This document shows positions 28,221-42,190 of a DNA stretch of 64,000 bases, piece by piece. The translations under genes were made by a program, and so were the position numbers. Position 1 is the first letter of the stretch. Each line of letters starts with the position of its first letter. The DNA is taken from assembly GCA_951406725.2 (NCBI GenBank), contig OX597816.1:148242001-148306000 (forward strand). The letters run 5' to 3'. A model generated the notes under the pieces. It had not been told where the DNA came from. It saw only the letters and a list, made by a program, of their open reading frames with translations, and made no database searches. Source of the DNA: Octopus vulgaris. Lineage: Eukaryota.

Positions 28221-28265
<45 letters not shown>

Positions 28266-31169
28266 TATACATATATATATATAAGTGTAAAAACGGTCAG
28301 ATAACAAAAGAAATAAAGAGACCTCAATATTATGTAAATAGAGAAAATTTATCTGTAAATTAATATGTTTCCATTATTCAATAGCCAAGATAAAACTCTG
28401 AGTATATGTATGTATGTATTTTTTATGCATGTATGTGTGTGGATCTATGTATGGTGGGTGTTTTTTCTGGTTAAGGTGTTGCACTCATGATCATGAGATG
28501 GAAAGGAGCTAGTTGATTACATCGTCTTCAATACCTGACTGGTAATTTATCTTACCGACATCGAAAGGAGGAAAAGCAGAGAGAGCGGGGTAGAACTCAG
28601 AAGATAGTGAAGCGTAATTTCATACTGTGAGGCATTTTATCAAACTTACTTACGATTATGCTGAAATAAAGATAATTTCTAACATATACACAAGACTAAA
28701 AGGTCCAAGGGAGCGTTAATCCGGTGTTTTGGAGTGGTATATGTTACATCTGAAACTATAACTATTATATCGTGGAAGAACCAGCTTGGTCATTTAATAA
28801 CACACAAATACTATTAAATTCACTTTAAATTAATTGATGACATGTAAAAAAAAAAAGGTTGGTCGAACAACTGCGAGCTTGGTCACTAAAATATATTTTA
28901 AAATAATTTAACAGTTTTTCTTGTTCTTAGGTAATCTACTGTTTTAGTCAACATCCTGTTTTCTAAGATGTAGCAAATGGGGAAAATACTCACAAACGCG
29001 TGTTGCATGAAACTTTATATTCAAGTCGATGCTAAGACACTTGATGTAGTAAAACAAGATATTTTAATTAATTAATTTTTCCATTTAGTAATGGGAACAA
29101 TAATTATATAAATGACTAAATCTGATCAAAAAAGATTGCCGGAGCAAACTTGAAATCTTAATTTATTAAAACGCTTACTTCACATTCATATCACAGCCCT
29201 CTTATGTTGTCAACATGTCACAAATTGGTAGGTGACAAATATACTTCATGAGATCGAATCTAATGTCTGTAAAATGACTATTTAAATAATCTCAACGGTA
29301 TTTCAAAGCGAAACATGGAGCTAAGTTCAAACGCTGCGAGATGAAGTTTAATTTTCTTACATAGTCCAGTTATAAAGTCTTATTGATTTCATCACTGAAC
29401 ACAGCCGTCGCTCATTTATCTCGGTATTGTATCAACACATGCCAAGAATATTTGTTTAAATTAAAGAGGTGTAAATGATGTGTGTGATAAAGTTGATGTA
29501 TTGGAACTCCGGACTAGATGTGTTCGTCAATATTTTCTTAATTTTTCCTTAAACTTAAAATAAGAATTCATCATGATTTAACTGTGAATTTTTCTTCTGT
29601 GAGTAAATTCTGGATTTTCCAATATAATATGCAATAGATGTATCACAGTCAGAATTTCTGACTGTGCTTTTGGTTGTTCGATTAACTGAACATTCAAACT
29701 CATTGAATAATCGTGCATCCTATAGGTAGTGGCGACAGTTATGCAATTTTTCGCCGGAATCAATGCGACGTTTCGACAAAAGTGATTTTTCAATTACAGA
29801 TACAGTCTATCCGACAGGTTTCTATACTGTTTCTGTCTGCACAATTGCATTGACAATGTATGGCTTGACTTGGGCTACAGAACCTGATAAGTGGAATCGA
29901 ACCAGAGAACTTCTTTAGAGGAAGTAGCTTTATAATTCGCTTGTGAAACGTCGGTATTGAACTTAAATTACCAGTCTTAATATAATAAAACCATTACTGG
30001 TTCAGTCTCATATCTTGCTGCTGTAAATGTGGTACACAATATGGCCGTAGTTCAAGTATCTGAAACAAGTAAACAAGAGAAGTGATTAACTAAACAGCAA
30101 CGAAAGAAAGTTGATGTAACAATCACATCATTTAGTATTGATTCTGGATCAACATTTAATAAAATCAAGATATCAAATATTGAAACAATTAGTCAATTAT
30201 GCCTAATAAAGTTATTAACCTATGGCCTTGTTGCATATTTAACATTATATTGAGCCATTCGTCCTACACACGAAATTGGCTCAGTTTACAGTGTTCTGAA
30301 GATATTTCTTACGACATTTAAGACGAACGACTGTTTATCGGGATGTGAGACAGCGTCTTCACTTGACTTAATTAAGCTCAAATTATGTTAATATAATTAT
30401 GTTAACATTATCTCAACACGAAAAGATGATCCCATCACAAAGCTATTCTCAGAACTATTCAGAGGCAACGGTCAGTTAAAAGACTTTAATATAAAATTGT
30501 TAATCAATTACGATACAAAAAAGATAATACAACTTGCGATGTGAATATCATTTCGTATGTAAATACATGTGGGAAAATGTGAACGATTCATAAATTTAGT
30601 CTTTAGTAAAATTGCCTAGTATGTCTCCTCTTGAAGTTCAACATCAATAGCTCCATATAAGAATTCACAAAATGTGTTTCACTTACAAACACGCACACGA
30701 AAACACAAAGAGGACAGAATGAATGTACACCAGCATGGAAGTTTGGAAAATATTGTTAGTTGAGGTATGAAGTTTGGTCAACCAGCATAGGATGCAAACA
30801 ATTGTAGAGGTTACTACTAGTTTTCTAGGTTTTAATTGTTAACAAGTGTGTGAAGATACGTGCTGTATAACCATGGACTTTACATTCAAGTATTCTCTTC
30901 TTTAGTTGCTTAGCTACATAATAATACGATGAAATAGCTGGAAGAACCATTTTAACACCAAACAATAAAAAAAATGCCAGAAAAGAAACGCTTGTAAACA
31001 AGCAAGTTGTAACAGGGCCACTCGATCTGCTAGATATACACACCAAAAGTCACTCATAACACAGTCTACTGCCCTGGAAAAAGGAACTTCAAAAGCTGAG
31101 ATGTTTGGTTTAAAGCAGTGGTTTTCATCCGGGGTCCATATGGCCCTTGAAAGTCCATGTAAAATGGTG

Positions 31170-31950
31170 CTGGTTCACATTGGACATTATACCGACTATG
31201 GCAGCTTTCAAAGTATCTTTGGTGTTATGGGCATGTTCATTGACTTTTCTCTCAACAACACTCTACATGTAATAGTCCAATGGATTGAGATCTGGGGAAT
31301 TATGAGACCAAATGTTAGGGTTTATGTGATCATGAAAATTTTCAGCCGTCCATTCCTGTGTTACAAGAGCCATGTGTGATAGTGCAGAGTTTTACTGAAG
31401 CACATATGGCCTTCCATTACATACACTGTTCATCCAGGGCTTAATGATTTCCAGGACCTCAATATAGGCGGTAGAGTTAACTCTAAGGCCTTGTGAAAAG
31501 AGGTGAGGAGGCATCATACGTCCTTCATTGCTGACACCCACTAAAACCATGACAGTTGGAGGAAATTTTGTATGCATAACACTTGGAATTTCAGAAGGGT
31601 CTGCTGATAACCATCAGTCATTTCTTCAGTTAAATTTTTTTATCTTGTTCGGAGTTTTTCTCGTTTGAGAAAAAACAAATAAAATCTTCTGCTGGATTTT
31701 TTCAGTTTGTTTAAGAGCCTTTTAGATCTGATGTAGTGATTTTCTTTTGTTTTTTTCCTGACAAATTGACCTTTCCTCATTTCAGATTGTTCCTTCTGAC
31801 ACATGGAGATCTTTTGCAATTGAGCTCATGTATTTTCTGGGATTGTAGTCAATGGTCTGTTGAACTTCTTTTAATAACTTTAAATGTTCTGATGATTTCA
31901 GAGCGTTTAGAATCTTTTATGCTTTGATACTGCTGATACTGTACCATCTA
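31170..31950 (-). mobile_element. Decayed Tc1/mariner-superfamily transposase, DD37D (maT)-like
   Basis: HTKFPPTVMVLVGVSNEGRMMPPHLFSQGLRVNS..KPWM..YVLQ*NSALSH..WSHNSPDLNPLDYY. Confidence 0.8.
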
Positions 31951-32866
31951 CAGTCTCTAGCTCCTTACAAACTTTGTTTCAACAATTGGTTCCACTAAAC
32001 ACCTAAAGAGGACAATATCTTTAACGTGTATGTGTGCCTGCGTGCGTATGTGTGTGCATGTGTGTATGTGCGTGCGCGTGTGTATGTGCGTGTGTGTGTG
32101 TATGTGTGCCTGCGTGTAAGTATATTTGCCTGTACATGTGTATTTCTTTACTCGATACACATAAAAATCGGCGTTAAACCGAAAAGTGGTTTATGTCGAA
32201 CCACTTACTTTGCAATGTCTTTTCTGCCCAAGTTATAATTATTAAGTTGACAGTATCACCGCCAGAATTACAATAAACTAGGAAGTTTTGCGTTAGAAAC
32301 CAGAAATATGTAAACGATTAAACATACACAGGCACGTAGTTTTTCGTATGTGTAAGTTACAATTTAGAATTATTGGCGTAACTATGTAAGAAGAATTTAC
32401 TCAACAAGATGACAGCGTACTAAACTCTCCTCAATGAAAATGTCACCGAAAAATATTACAACAAAGATATTTTATGAAATGCATCTGCCATATATTACAA
32501 CATTCTACTCATCCCAGATTGACAATGTGCCAATATCCTAATATTGTTTCTAATTCTTCGAAATTAGCCAAACTGTTTCTCCTAGATCATAAAACTGGGG
32601 ATTGGTTTTGACCTCGCAGTTCGAAGATTTGAACCTTGTTTAAACTTTATGGCGCATCATTAAATCAAGAGATATAGAACTTTAAAAAGTAATGAATCTT
32701 TATTTGCAATTCATGGAAATTTGAACAAAACTGGAGTCTGCGTTATTGAAAACGCTTATTGACAGTATGATTAAACTGATACAGTCTAAATGATGTGTTG
32801 GTGTTAAGGAACATTATATTTTCATTAAGAATAAATATGAAATAATTATACTTTTTTAAAAAACGT

Positions 32867-33029
32867 AGGCATAGGAGTGGCTTTGTGGTAAATAGCTTGC
32901 TTACAAACCACATGGTTCCGGGTTCAGTCACACTGCGTGGCACCTTGGGCAAGTGTCTTCTACTATAGCCTCGGGCCGACCAAAGCCTTGTGAATGGATT
33001 TGGTAGACGGAAACTGAAAGAAGCCCGTC

Positions 33030-33100
<71 letters not shown>

Positions 33101-33300
33101 CGCGCGCGCGTGTGTGTTTGTGTGTCTGTGTTTGACAACCGATGCTGGTGTGTTTATGTCCCCGTACCTTAGCGGTTCGGCAAAGTACTAAGCTTACAAA
33201 GAATAGGTCCTGGGGTCGATTTCCTCGACTAAAGGCAGTGTTCCAGCATGGCCACAGTCAAATGACTGAAGCAAATAAAAGAGTAAAGAGTAAAGAGAGT
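32867..33300 (+). mobile_element. SINE family A, full length, well preserved
   Basis: ggcataggagtggctttgtggtaa..ccgggttcagtcacactgcgtggcaccttgggcaagtgtcttctactatagcc..(TA)n(TG)n..ccagcatggccacagtcaaatgactgaagcaaataaaagag. Confidence 0.9.
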
Positions 33301-33317
33301 AATAAAGGGAAAAGACC

Positions 33318-33516
33318 TAAGTGGCGAACTGGAATCATAGTTAGCGCGCCGAGCTTTTAATGCTTAGCGGCATTTCGTCCGTGTCAACGTTCTGTATTCA
33401 AATTCCGCCGGGGTCGACTATGCCTTTTATCCATTCATGATCGATGAAATAAGTACCAGTTAATTGACTTACGCCCTCTCCAAACATTGCTGGCCTTGTG
33501 CCAAAATTTGAAACAA
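33318..33516 (+). mobile_element. SINE family B copy
   Basis: ttcaaattccgccggggtcgactatgcctttt..aagtaccag..ccttgtgccaaaatttgaaac. Confidence 0.8.
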
Positions 33517-35389
33517 ATTTAGTGAATAGCCTCTTTTTCAGTAAAGCAATAATTGATATATGTGTTGTGTGTGTTTCTGCAATTAGATTTAACACGTTCA
33601 TGGACATTCATGGAAATTCTCTCGGGAGTAAAATTCTCCTAGAACTGATGTGTAAAAAAAAATAGCACTGGGGTATGAATAACGCCACCTGAGCATGCGT
33701 TTCTGCGTCGTTACATTCCCTGAGCTACTAAAACGAAATTTGTCATTCAGAGCCCATTAAACAACAGTAGCTCTTATATTTGGCCAAAAAATAGTAAATT
33801 TGCTGATACGCGCAAAACTTGATCAAGCTGGAATTATTTAAGTAGAAGAACGCGAAACAGCGTCGATTGAAAAATTTGTTTGTACAGTTGTATTTAAAGC
33901 GCCCGTGTACTCTCAGGCATTGAAAAAAGAGAAATTTTTCTTTCGATTTTCATAATTCAAATAAAAATATGAACTGAGAAATATCTCTAAATTGTCAATG
34001 CCATGTTTTGGAAGGACAAAAACTAATTTTAAATATATAATGAATATTAAAGAAGATATAATCTAGATTTCTTTAAAAGAATACTTCACTTTCAGAGAAG
34101 GTAAAATAATTGCCTGGTGATAGACAAGACAAACTCCTAATTAGGAAGTGAGATAATCTAAAGGATCGTGAAATCTCCTGAGGTGAAACGGCCGGGAAGT
34201 CAGTACTTATACACAGTACATGCACACACACACTCACATAAACTATACACATGTACACACATGCACACATACACACTACATACATCTCTTGTATGCAGAA
34301 GTCAATAAGGGCATCTCTTACGTTGTCAGCCATATTTCTTTAGCTGATAGGAGAACTAAAGCCGTGATATTTATACTTAAACAATGAGTATCTATGGTTT
34401 ATATGAGTAGGAACGGAATTCGATCCAAGATTGAATTTTTTATTTTCTGAAACTCCTCCGAATATATTTACCACAGCACACATATACAAGTGCTGGAGTG
34501 CTTTTTTGTAAATATTTTTGTATATCAGCGACGGAGATTCTGCGTTGGCTATTCATTGTATTCCTACAAATGTGTGAAGTTTCTGCATTCAGAATTATGT
34601 ATCTGTATTTGTTTTGGGAGATTATATGAAGGCAGCAATCTGCGTGCATATACCTGATTTTACGTGCATATATGTGTGTGTGTGTGTGTGTATACATATC
34701 TGAGTGTATGTCTGTATATCTTTGCATGTGTGTTTTATGTGGGAGTATATGTGTATGCTTGAGTCTACTAGTGCATCACTACTGTTCTGCCTTGCTGTTA
34801 TATAACAGTATGTGCATGCGGACGTTTGCATCTGTCTGTGTGTCTGTGTGTATTTACATACGGATATTTGTGTGTGACAAGAAGAGTGGAAACAGAAATT
34901 GTAAGAATGTGTTTGTGAATAGGTGTGACCGAAAATATGTGTGGGGAATTATATGCTATTGTGTTTGTATATGAATGTAAATATTTCTGGTTGTGTATAT
35001 AACTACATGCGCATGTGTGATTTCCAGTGATTGCAGCACAAAGTATGCGTGTGTACTAGTGCGAGTGTGTATTTTCCCATAATCCCCAGTCTTTTAAGTA
35101 TGAATCTCACGTCCGAGTTGCTACTCTAAACTTGTACATGTCGTTGATAAATTGCTCTTTCTGTCTCTTGCTGCATTCGAAACCAACACAAGCCAAACAA
35201 CACCACCACCACCACCACCACTGCTCTTCTCTCACTTAAGGCTGCCATAAATGACAACAACCACTACTATTACCACTGCTACTACAACCATAGGAATAAA
35301 TTAATCATTATCGTCTCCATCTTTAACAAGACCTCTAACACTATTAGAATATTACAGATTCCTAAGCAGCTACTACAAATGTTACCGTC

Positions 35390-35444
<55 letters not shown>

Positions 35445-35945
35445 ACTTTTATTATAAGAGCGTTGGAATATAACAGCCCTGTATCTCTTTAGTACCATCT
35501 ATATGATGAACAATTCACTGTTCACTTCCACCACTACTACCACTACTATGAATACTACAACTACTGCTACTACCACCAATGCCACTGTCACTATTATAGC
35601 TACTACTAATACACCGACAAACTAGCTATAACTAACTGCATCATTAGCCCAGAGCACTGTCATCAATGCTAAAAAGCCTGGACAACAAATAGAACAAGTA
35701 ACAATAGTAATAACAATGGAATCAACAACTTGAATATAACCTAAAACCTTATCAATCACTAAGAAATTCAAAGCCCAAGCCACCATGGACAACATCCATA
35801 GCACCATCAGCAGCGCCAGCACCATGAGCTTTTAACACAATAGTCTTACTGCGCCACCACTTACACTGCAACCAATAACAAGAGTAATACCATCCAACAA
35901 CAACAATAATACAGTCAAACACATGTATAATTATCACCATCTTTA

Positions 35946-36240
35946 AAGGGGGTGAGCTGGTAGAATCGTAAGCACGCCGGACATAATGCTTAGCGCATTT
36001 TGCCTGTCTCTTCGTTTTGAGTTCAAATTCCGCTGAGGTCAACTTTGCCTTTCATCTTCTCGACCCAGAGAAGATGAAAGGCAAATAATTAATTTCCAGT
36101 TGAGCGATGAGGCTGATGTAATCGACTTAGCCGCTTATTTCAGGATCGATGAAATAAGTACCAGCTGAGTACTGGGGTTAATGTAATCGACTGGCACCTC
36201 CTTGAAAATTCCACGCCATTTGCCTATAGAAGAAAGGACT
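35946..36240 (+). mobile_element. SINE family B copy with internal foldback and duplicated central block
   Basis: gagctggtagaatcgtaagcacgccgg..gagttcaaattccgctgaggtc; 18-bp inverted repeat at 36044-36085. Confidence 0.85.
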
Positions 36241-36399
36241 GTTATCACCACCTTCACATCGAGTAACTCTAACACACAGGAGCCAATGAGAGTGCCTCTA
36301 CACAATGGTTTGACTTCAGTGAATAAAAGAGAAGCCTTCTGAAATTTATCCTAACATCTTATAATTCAAAGTACACCTTGGATTATTTCGTCCAAGTTA

Positions 36400-36531
36400 T
36401 TCTTTTCTACTCTAGGCACAAGGCTCGAAATTTTGGGGGAGGTGGCCATTTGATTAGATCGACCCCAGTACGCAACTGCTACTTAATTTATCGACCACGA
36501 AAGGATGAAAGGCAAAGTCGACCTCGGCGGT
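36400..36531 (-). mobile_element. 5'-truncated SINE family B copy
   Basis: cttttctactctaggcacaagg..aaggatgaaaggcaaagtcgacctcggcgg. Confidence 0.85.
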
Positions 36532-37225
36532 ATGTTGTCCTAGTTATGTGAAAGAAAAATGTGAAATCATGTTAGAAACTTCTTTAATGATAGGTCTGCC
36601 TGATGAGGGCTGAGCTCAGATTAAACAAGAACTATTACTACTATTACTGCTGCTACTGTTGCTTCTGCTACCACCACCACCACTACTACTACTACTACTA
36701 GTGTTACCCAAAAAGTAACGACAATTATACTAAAAAAATATATTGAGGGCCGTATATTTAGGAATAAATCACTACGCATCCGTCGAAATAACTGCAGAAT
36801 TCAGTTACATTCCTTTACATTCTGAGTTCAAATACCTCCCAGGATGACTTTGCTTTTCATCTGGGACGAATTACATCTACTCGATGTATTGGAATGCAAC
36901 GTATAAAAGACGTGAATTGAATTATGATGGAAGTCTAAGAAGAATCTAAGTTGAAGCTATAAAACGTTATTACCCACACCAATATGAAGACAAATTGGAT
37001 TAGATTCATCTTGCCATGACATTGCTGTAGGCAACAGAAAAAGTATGATGATGAGCAAAATTTCAATAACACTAACCACCCCCTTTGGATTATAATGTAT
37101 AGCACACATATATTACAACACTGGAACTGCATGAAGATAATGTCATGATCAAATAAAGGATCCAGGCGTTTTATATATATATATATATATATCTGCGCTA
37201 GACATCACTCTGGTGTGCACTCATA

Positions 37226-39490
37226 CACACCAGAGTGATGTCTAGCGCAGAATGCCATACTGACCATTGCAAACTCAAACCCCACTCCAGGCCCAAACCA
37301 AAAAAGAGAGGACCGGCCAACAAGAAAATCAGAACTAGCGGTCTACAGCTAAACAAAATGAAAGTAAACTTCCAAGCAGACCTGCAGGCAAAGATTGATT
37401 AATCCAATTGCCCCTCAGATCCCTTTCCAGAAATCCTGTGGGAACAACTGAAAACCGCCATCCTACAGACCACTGAAGACATTCGTGGGTTTACGAAGGA
37501 AAATAACACGGATTGGTTTGATGAAAGCGAATTACTGATCCAGGAATTACTAAAGAAGAAGAGTTCTGCCCAGCAAACACAACCGTCCTGCATAGAGGAG
37601 AAAACGGCCTCTCGCCAAACCTGCAGCTTTCTGCTGCACAAACTCCGTGAAGTTCAGAATGAGTGGTGGACTAACCTCGCACAGAGAATTGTATGCTGAC
37701 ACTGGCAACTACAGAGAGTTCTAGGAAGCTCTAAAGGCAGTTTACTGCGCCCAACACATCAAGTCTGGAGTCCCCTGCGCAGCTCAGACAATCAGATGCT
37801 TCTCACAGACGCAGCTTCCATCCTCAACCACAGGTCACAATACTTTCAAGCCCTCTTCAGTGCAAACCGAGTTGTCTAGGAAAACGAAATACTCCATATG
37901 CAGCAGCAGCCAGCCAGAATGGAACTAGATGAGGCTCCTACTCTGGGAGAGACCACAGCTGTCAGAGGCCGACTGAAAAGTAGAATAGCGGCAGGAGTCG
38001 ATGGCATACTACCAGAAACATGGAAGCATGGGGGGTCCTGTCCTACATGCTAAACTCAACGAATTCCTTGTTGCATGCTAGGAACAAACTGCCACAAGAT
38101 CTCCTCGATGCTGTCATTACCCTATACAAAAACGATGGGAAAAGGCCAGACTGCTCAACCTACCTGGGGATCACCCAGCTTTACACCGCAGGAAAAGTTC
38201 TAGCAAGAATACTCCTCAACAGGCTTGTTCTGTCCATCGCCGAAAATCATCTCCCAGAAAGCCAATGTGGTTTCAGAGCTAACGGGGACACAACAGATAT
38301 GGATTTCGTTCTCAGGCAGCTCCAAGAAAAGTGCCGGGAACAAACATTTGCAACATTTATGCAACATTTGTCGATATGACTAAAGCGTTTGTTACTGTGA
38401 GCAGAAAAGATCTGTAGTAGATCCTAAACCGACTCGGCTGTTCCCCCAAGATTCCTCACCATGATCATCCAGTTTCACGATGACTAACAAGGACAAGACC
38501 ACCTGAACAGCGACATATCAGAACCATTCCCCATCAAATTGACGCCAGGTTGTGTCCTGGTGCCAACTCTCTTTAGCATCTTCTTCGGTATGATGCTCAA
38601 GCAGGACATTGCAAACCTCCTCGCGGAACACGGCGTTTACATCAAATACCATCTGGATGGCAGTCTTTTCAACCATCGGCGCCAACAGGCCTACACCAAG
38701 AGCCAAGTGCAACTGATCCAGGACATCTGCTTTGCAGATGGTGTAGTACTTCTCGCGCACACAGAAAGAGCCCTGCAGCGCATTAAAAACTGCTTTGCAT
38801 AGTCCGCCCAGATCTTCGGGATGGAAGTAAGCCTGAAAAAGACTGAACTCCTACACCGACCAACTCCTCAGGAAGTGTACAGCCCACCCCATATCACTAT
38901 TGCCGAAACAGAAATGAAGTCAGTACAGCAGTTCACTTATCTTCGATGTACGATCTCATCAGATGCGAGTGTCGACAAAGAAATTGACAATAGACTTGCA
39001 AAGTCAAACAAAGCACTTGACAGACTGTATAAGCGTGAGTAGAACAACAAGCATCATGGGCAGGGCAGAGTACGTTGACCGGATGAAAGACCACCGCCTT
39101 CCCCAAGATCATCATGTACGGTGAGCTCACCTCTGGCCACCGTAATAGGTGGGGGCACCAAGGAAGCATTACAAAGACTGCCTGAAGCGGTCCCATAGCG
39201 TTTGTGACATTGATTATCGTGAGTAGTGCACCCTGACAGCTTATCGCGTCACTTGGCGCCATACAGTCAGCGATGCTGATCCCTCCTTTGAGATCTGTCA
39301 CAGTGCCTCTCTTGAAGATCAACGTCAAAGGCAAAAAAAAATGCAGCTGCCTCATCAGAGCTGAACAACCATATCCCTGTCATCACTGCAATCGGATATG
39401 TCTATCCCACATCGGCCGTATTAGCCACAAACGAGCGTGCCGGTGACATAGACAGCAGCCTTCCTGATCTTCGTCAGCAAAGCCAAGCAA
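37226..39490 (+). mobile_element. RTE-clade LINE, 5'-truncated and inactivated (end of APE, RT, C-terminal C2H2)
   Basis: [123 protein letters not shown]; many stops and frameshifts. Confidence 0.95.
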
Positions 39491-39512
39491 ATAAGAAAAA
39501 AATGTATGTATG

Positions 39513-39567
<55 letters not shown>

Positions 39568-39749
39568 GTTTGTATGTATGTGATATATATATGTATGTAT
39601 GTATGTATGAATGTACTTTTGTATTATGTTTGTGTGTGTATATATATATATATATATACATATATACATACATATATGTATATATATTTATAGGAAAAAC
39701 TGAAAAAGGAGACAAACGCTCAGGATATTATTGAAACATATCTTCATAT

Positions 39750-39823
39750 CTTCTACATGTTTCGATGGATGCATTCAAAATAAGTCCGACAGGAAGAATT
39801 ATGACTCAATCTCATCAGCAAAC
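39750..39823 (-). ncRNA. Hammerhead-like motif with canonical catalytic core
   Basis: UUUG-CUGAUGA-GAU...AUC-GAAA-CAUG-UA-GAAG; palindromic stem III ACAUGU, GUA triplet, about 40-nt stem II loop, G.G mismatch at the base of stem I. Confidence 0.55.
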
Positions 39824-39942
39824 ATATAAACACTCATCAAATAAACATTCTTACAGATATAGGAAACCTTAGAAAGTGTGACGTATTGATATGCATATAC
39901 ACGCACACGTACACACATGCAAATGTGCAGCATACATACATA

Positions 39943-40002
<60 letters not shown>

Positions 40003-40012
40003 CATAGACATA

Positions 40013-40047
<35 letters not shown>

Positions 40048-40099
40048 GCTTAAAAGCTATCCTATTGAGCGGCTTTTAAGCTAGGATATAGCTTTTAAG

Positions 40100-40625
40100 C
40101 AACTGACCCCGAATAGGAAGATCTACAAACTGTTCTCTGACTTGTTTGGAGAATTTGTTGCAATTGATTCCTTCAGAATCATATTTCAATGATGATCATA
40201 TTCGTTGCAAAATAAAATTATGTAAAAAATCGCCGAAAACAATTGTAGTAATGAAAACATAGGAATTCAAAATTTCAGGATTGCAGGTCCGGATTCAACT
40301 CAGAATGTTTTTAATTTACTCACAGCGTTGACGTTTAGATTATAAAAATTGTTATCGTACAAAAAAATCTGTCGTAAAAAAGTCACGTAAAAAAAATTAG
40401 CGAAAACAATCACAGTAATGAAAAGTTGGGATTCCAAAATTTCAGCATTGTGGGTCTGGATTCGGACCGGAATGTTTTTAATTTACTCATTTACTCACAG
40501 AGTCAATCTGATTCCGAAATGGTATTATATGTTGGGATACGTCCTCTAGGAGTAAAGTTGAAAAAGGTTGATACACCGACAGACTTACATTCACATTTAT
40601 TATATTATGTTATTATATTATATTA
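40100..40625 (+). repeat. Unclassified element with ~90-bp internal direct repeat (possibly non-autonomous Helitron-like)
   Basis: cgaaaacaat..gtaatgaaaa..caaaatttcag..gaatgtttttaatttactca occurs at about 40234-40325 and 40401-40500. Confidence 0.4.
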
Positions 40626-40789
40626 AGGCGGCGAGCTAGCAGAATCGTTAGCACACCATACGAAATGCTTAGCCATTCTCCTTACCCTTGTAATCCTAAA
40701 AATAGTCAGTCAAAGGGAAGTAACCATGCCTTCTCTTCCTTTTTTAGCTACATTAATAACACAAGTTTTTTAAATAATAAATCTCGCAA

Positions 40790-41480
40790 ACAATCACACA
40801 ACCCTAATAAAAAATATTTAGTTGATTATTCCATACAGTAAACAAGTAAAATGTAACTTTCCACTCGCTCTTATTTCGTCAAGCTATAGAAAGAATCTTC
40901 CCCAATAATTCAAGGTACCACTCGATTTTCAAGACACCATATCAGAGTAGGCTTCTCTAACACCAACAACGTCTCACAAATTATATTTCTCCCAATAATA
41001 TTAGTAAACATATTAACACTAACAATAACATTAATGATAATCTCTCCTTAACATTAATGTAAGCTGCAATTACAGTTGTAGCCCTAATAAAACCTGCATC
41101 CGAAATGGAAACTACCGAATTAAAAATGCAAGGTTACCTCTTTTAACAAGGAATGAATTTTTTATATACTATAGGTCTATCCTCTACACTTTTGAAATCC
41201 AGACTGGTTAACCATTTCTCTACCTTTAAATACAACCGAAAGCGTAACTCCACTGGACTTAGTAAACTAATCTGGCACCTTAAAGACTCAAACAAACTTT
41301 TTTCTTTAGAATGACAAATTTTATCTATATCTTTTCCCTATGATAAACGGAAATCTTTTTATCCTCTTTGTACGGAAGAGGAATATTTTATTCTCTTTTC
41401 GAAACATAAACTGGTAAAGAGATTTACGGAGAGAGTTTACAAATGTACACACTGGGGAACACATTCCTTCGGTTTTTCGA
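40790..41480 (+). mobile_element. Penelope-like element remnant (linker and GIY-YIG endonuclease)
   Basis: PYSKQVK..IFPNNSRYHSIF..CNYSCSPNKTC..GLSSTLLKSRLVNHFSTFKY..NSTGLSKLIWHLKD..LCTEEEYFI..KCTH. Confidence 0.75.
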
Positions 41481-41569
41481 ATAGTATCTGCCCATTATTT
41501 AACAATAATTTCTTGCGAATTATCTTTTCTTTATTCTTCTATCTTACTTCCCATAACCTTATATATATA

Positions 41570-41880
41570 TATGCATATATGGGTACAAGACGTTACCAGC
41601 TCTGTAAAGAACATGAAATACGAAATCAAACGAGTTATATACGCAAACAACGAGAGAAATATGGAAAACAGGACAAGTAATCACGGAGAACTACATTTCA
41701 TCAGTTGTCGGCTGTCTATCTACTCCTCATTTCCAGCATTCAAGACAATGAGTCTTCGAAGACAGTTGCTCCCATAAAATCCAAAATAAAGTTTAGGGTC
41801 AAATTTGGCAACAAGAAGAGAACGGTTTCCTAGGACATTTAAACAGCATTTTGCTACATTGTAATTATTCACCTGCATCT
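41570..41880 (-). mobile_element. Pseudo-LTR-like non-coding repeat next to the Penelope remnant
   Basis: Follows (TA)n; shares aaaacaggacaagta..ttcatca(g/a)ttgtc with 62461-62505 and a similar layout to the 24.5 kb repeat. Confidence 0.45.
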
Positions 41881-41949
41881 CTCCTACAAATTGCACGCTC
41901 ATACATAAAATACATACATACATACATACATACATACATTCATACATAC

Positions 41950-41992
<43 letters not shown>

Positions 41993-42061
41993 CACACAGA
42001 AGAATGCATAGATCTTTCGTCAAAGTCAAGGACGGAGTTCAATGCATTTCATAAAAAGACC

Positions 42062-42190
<129 letters not shown>

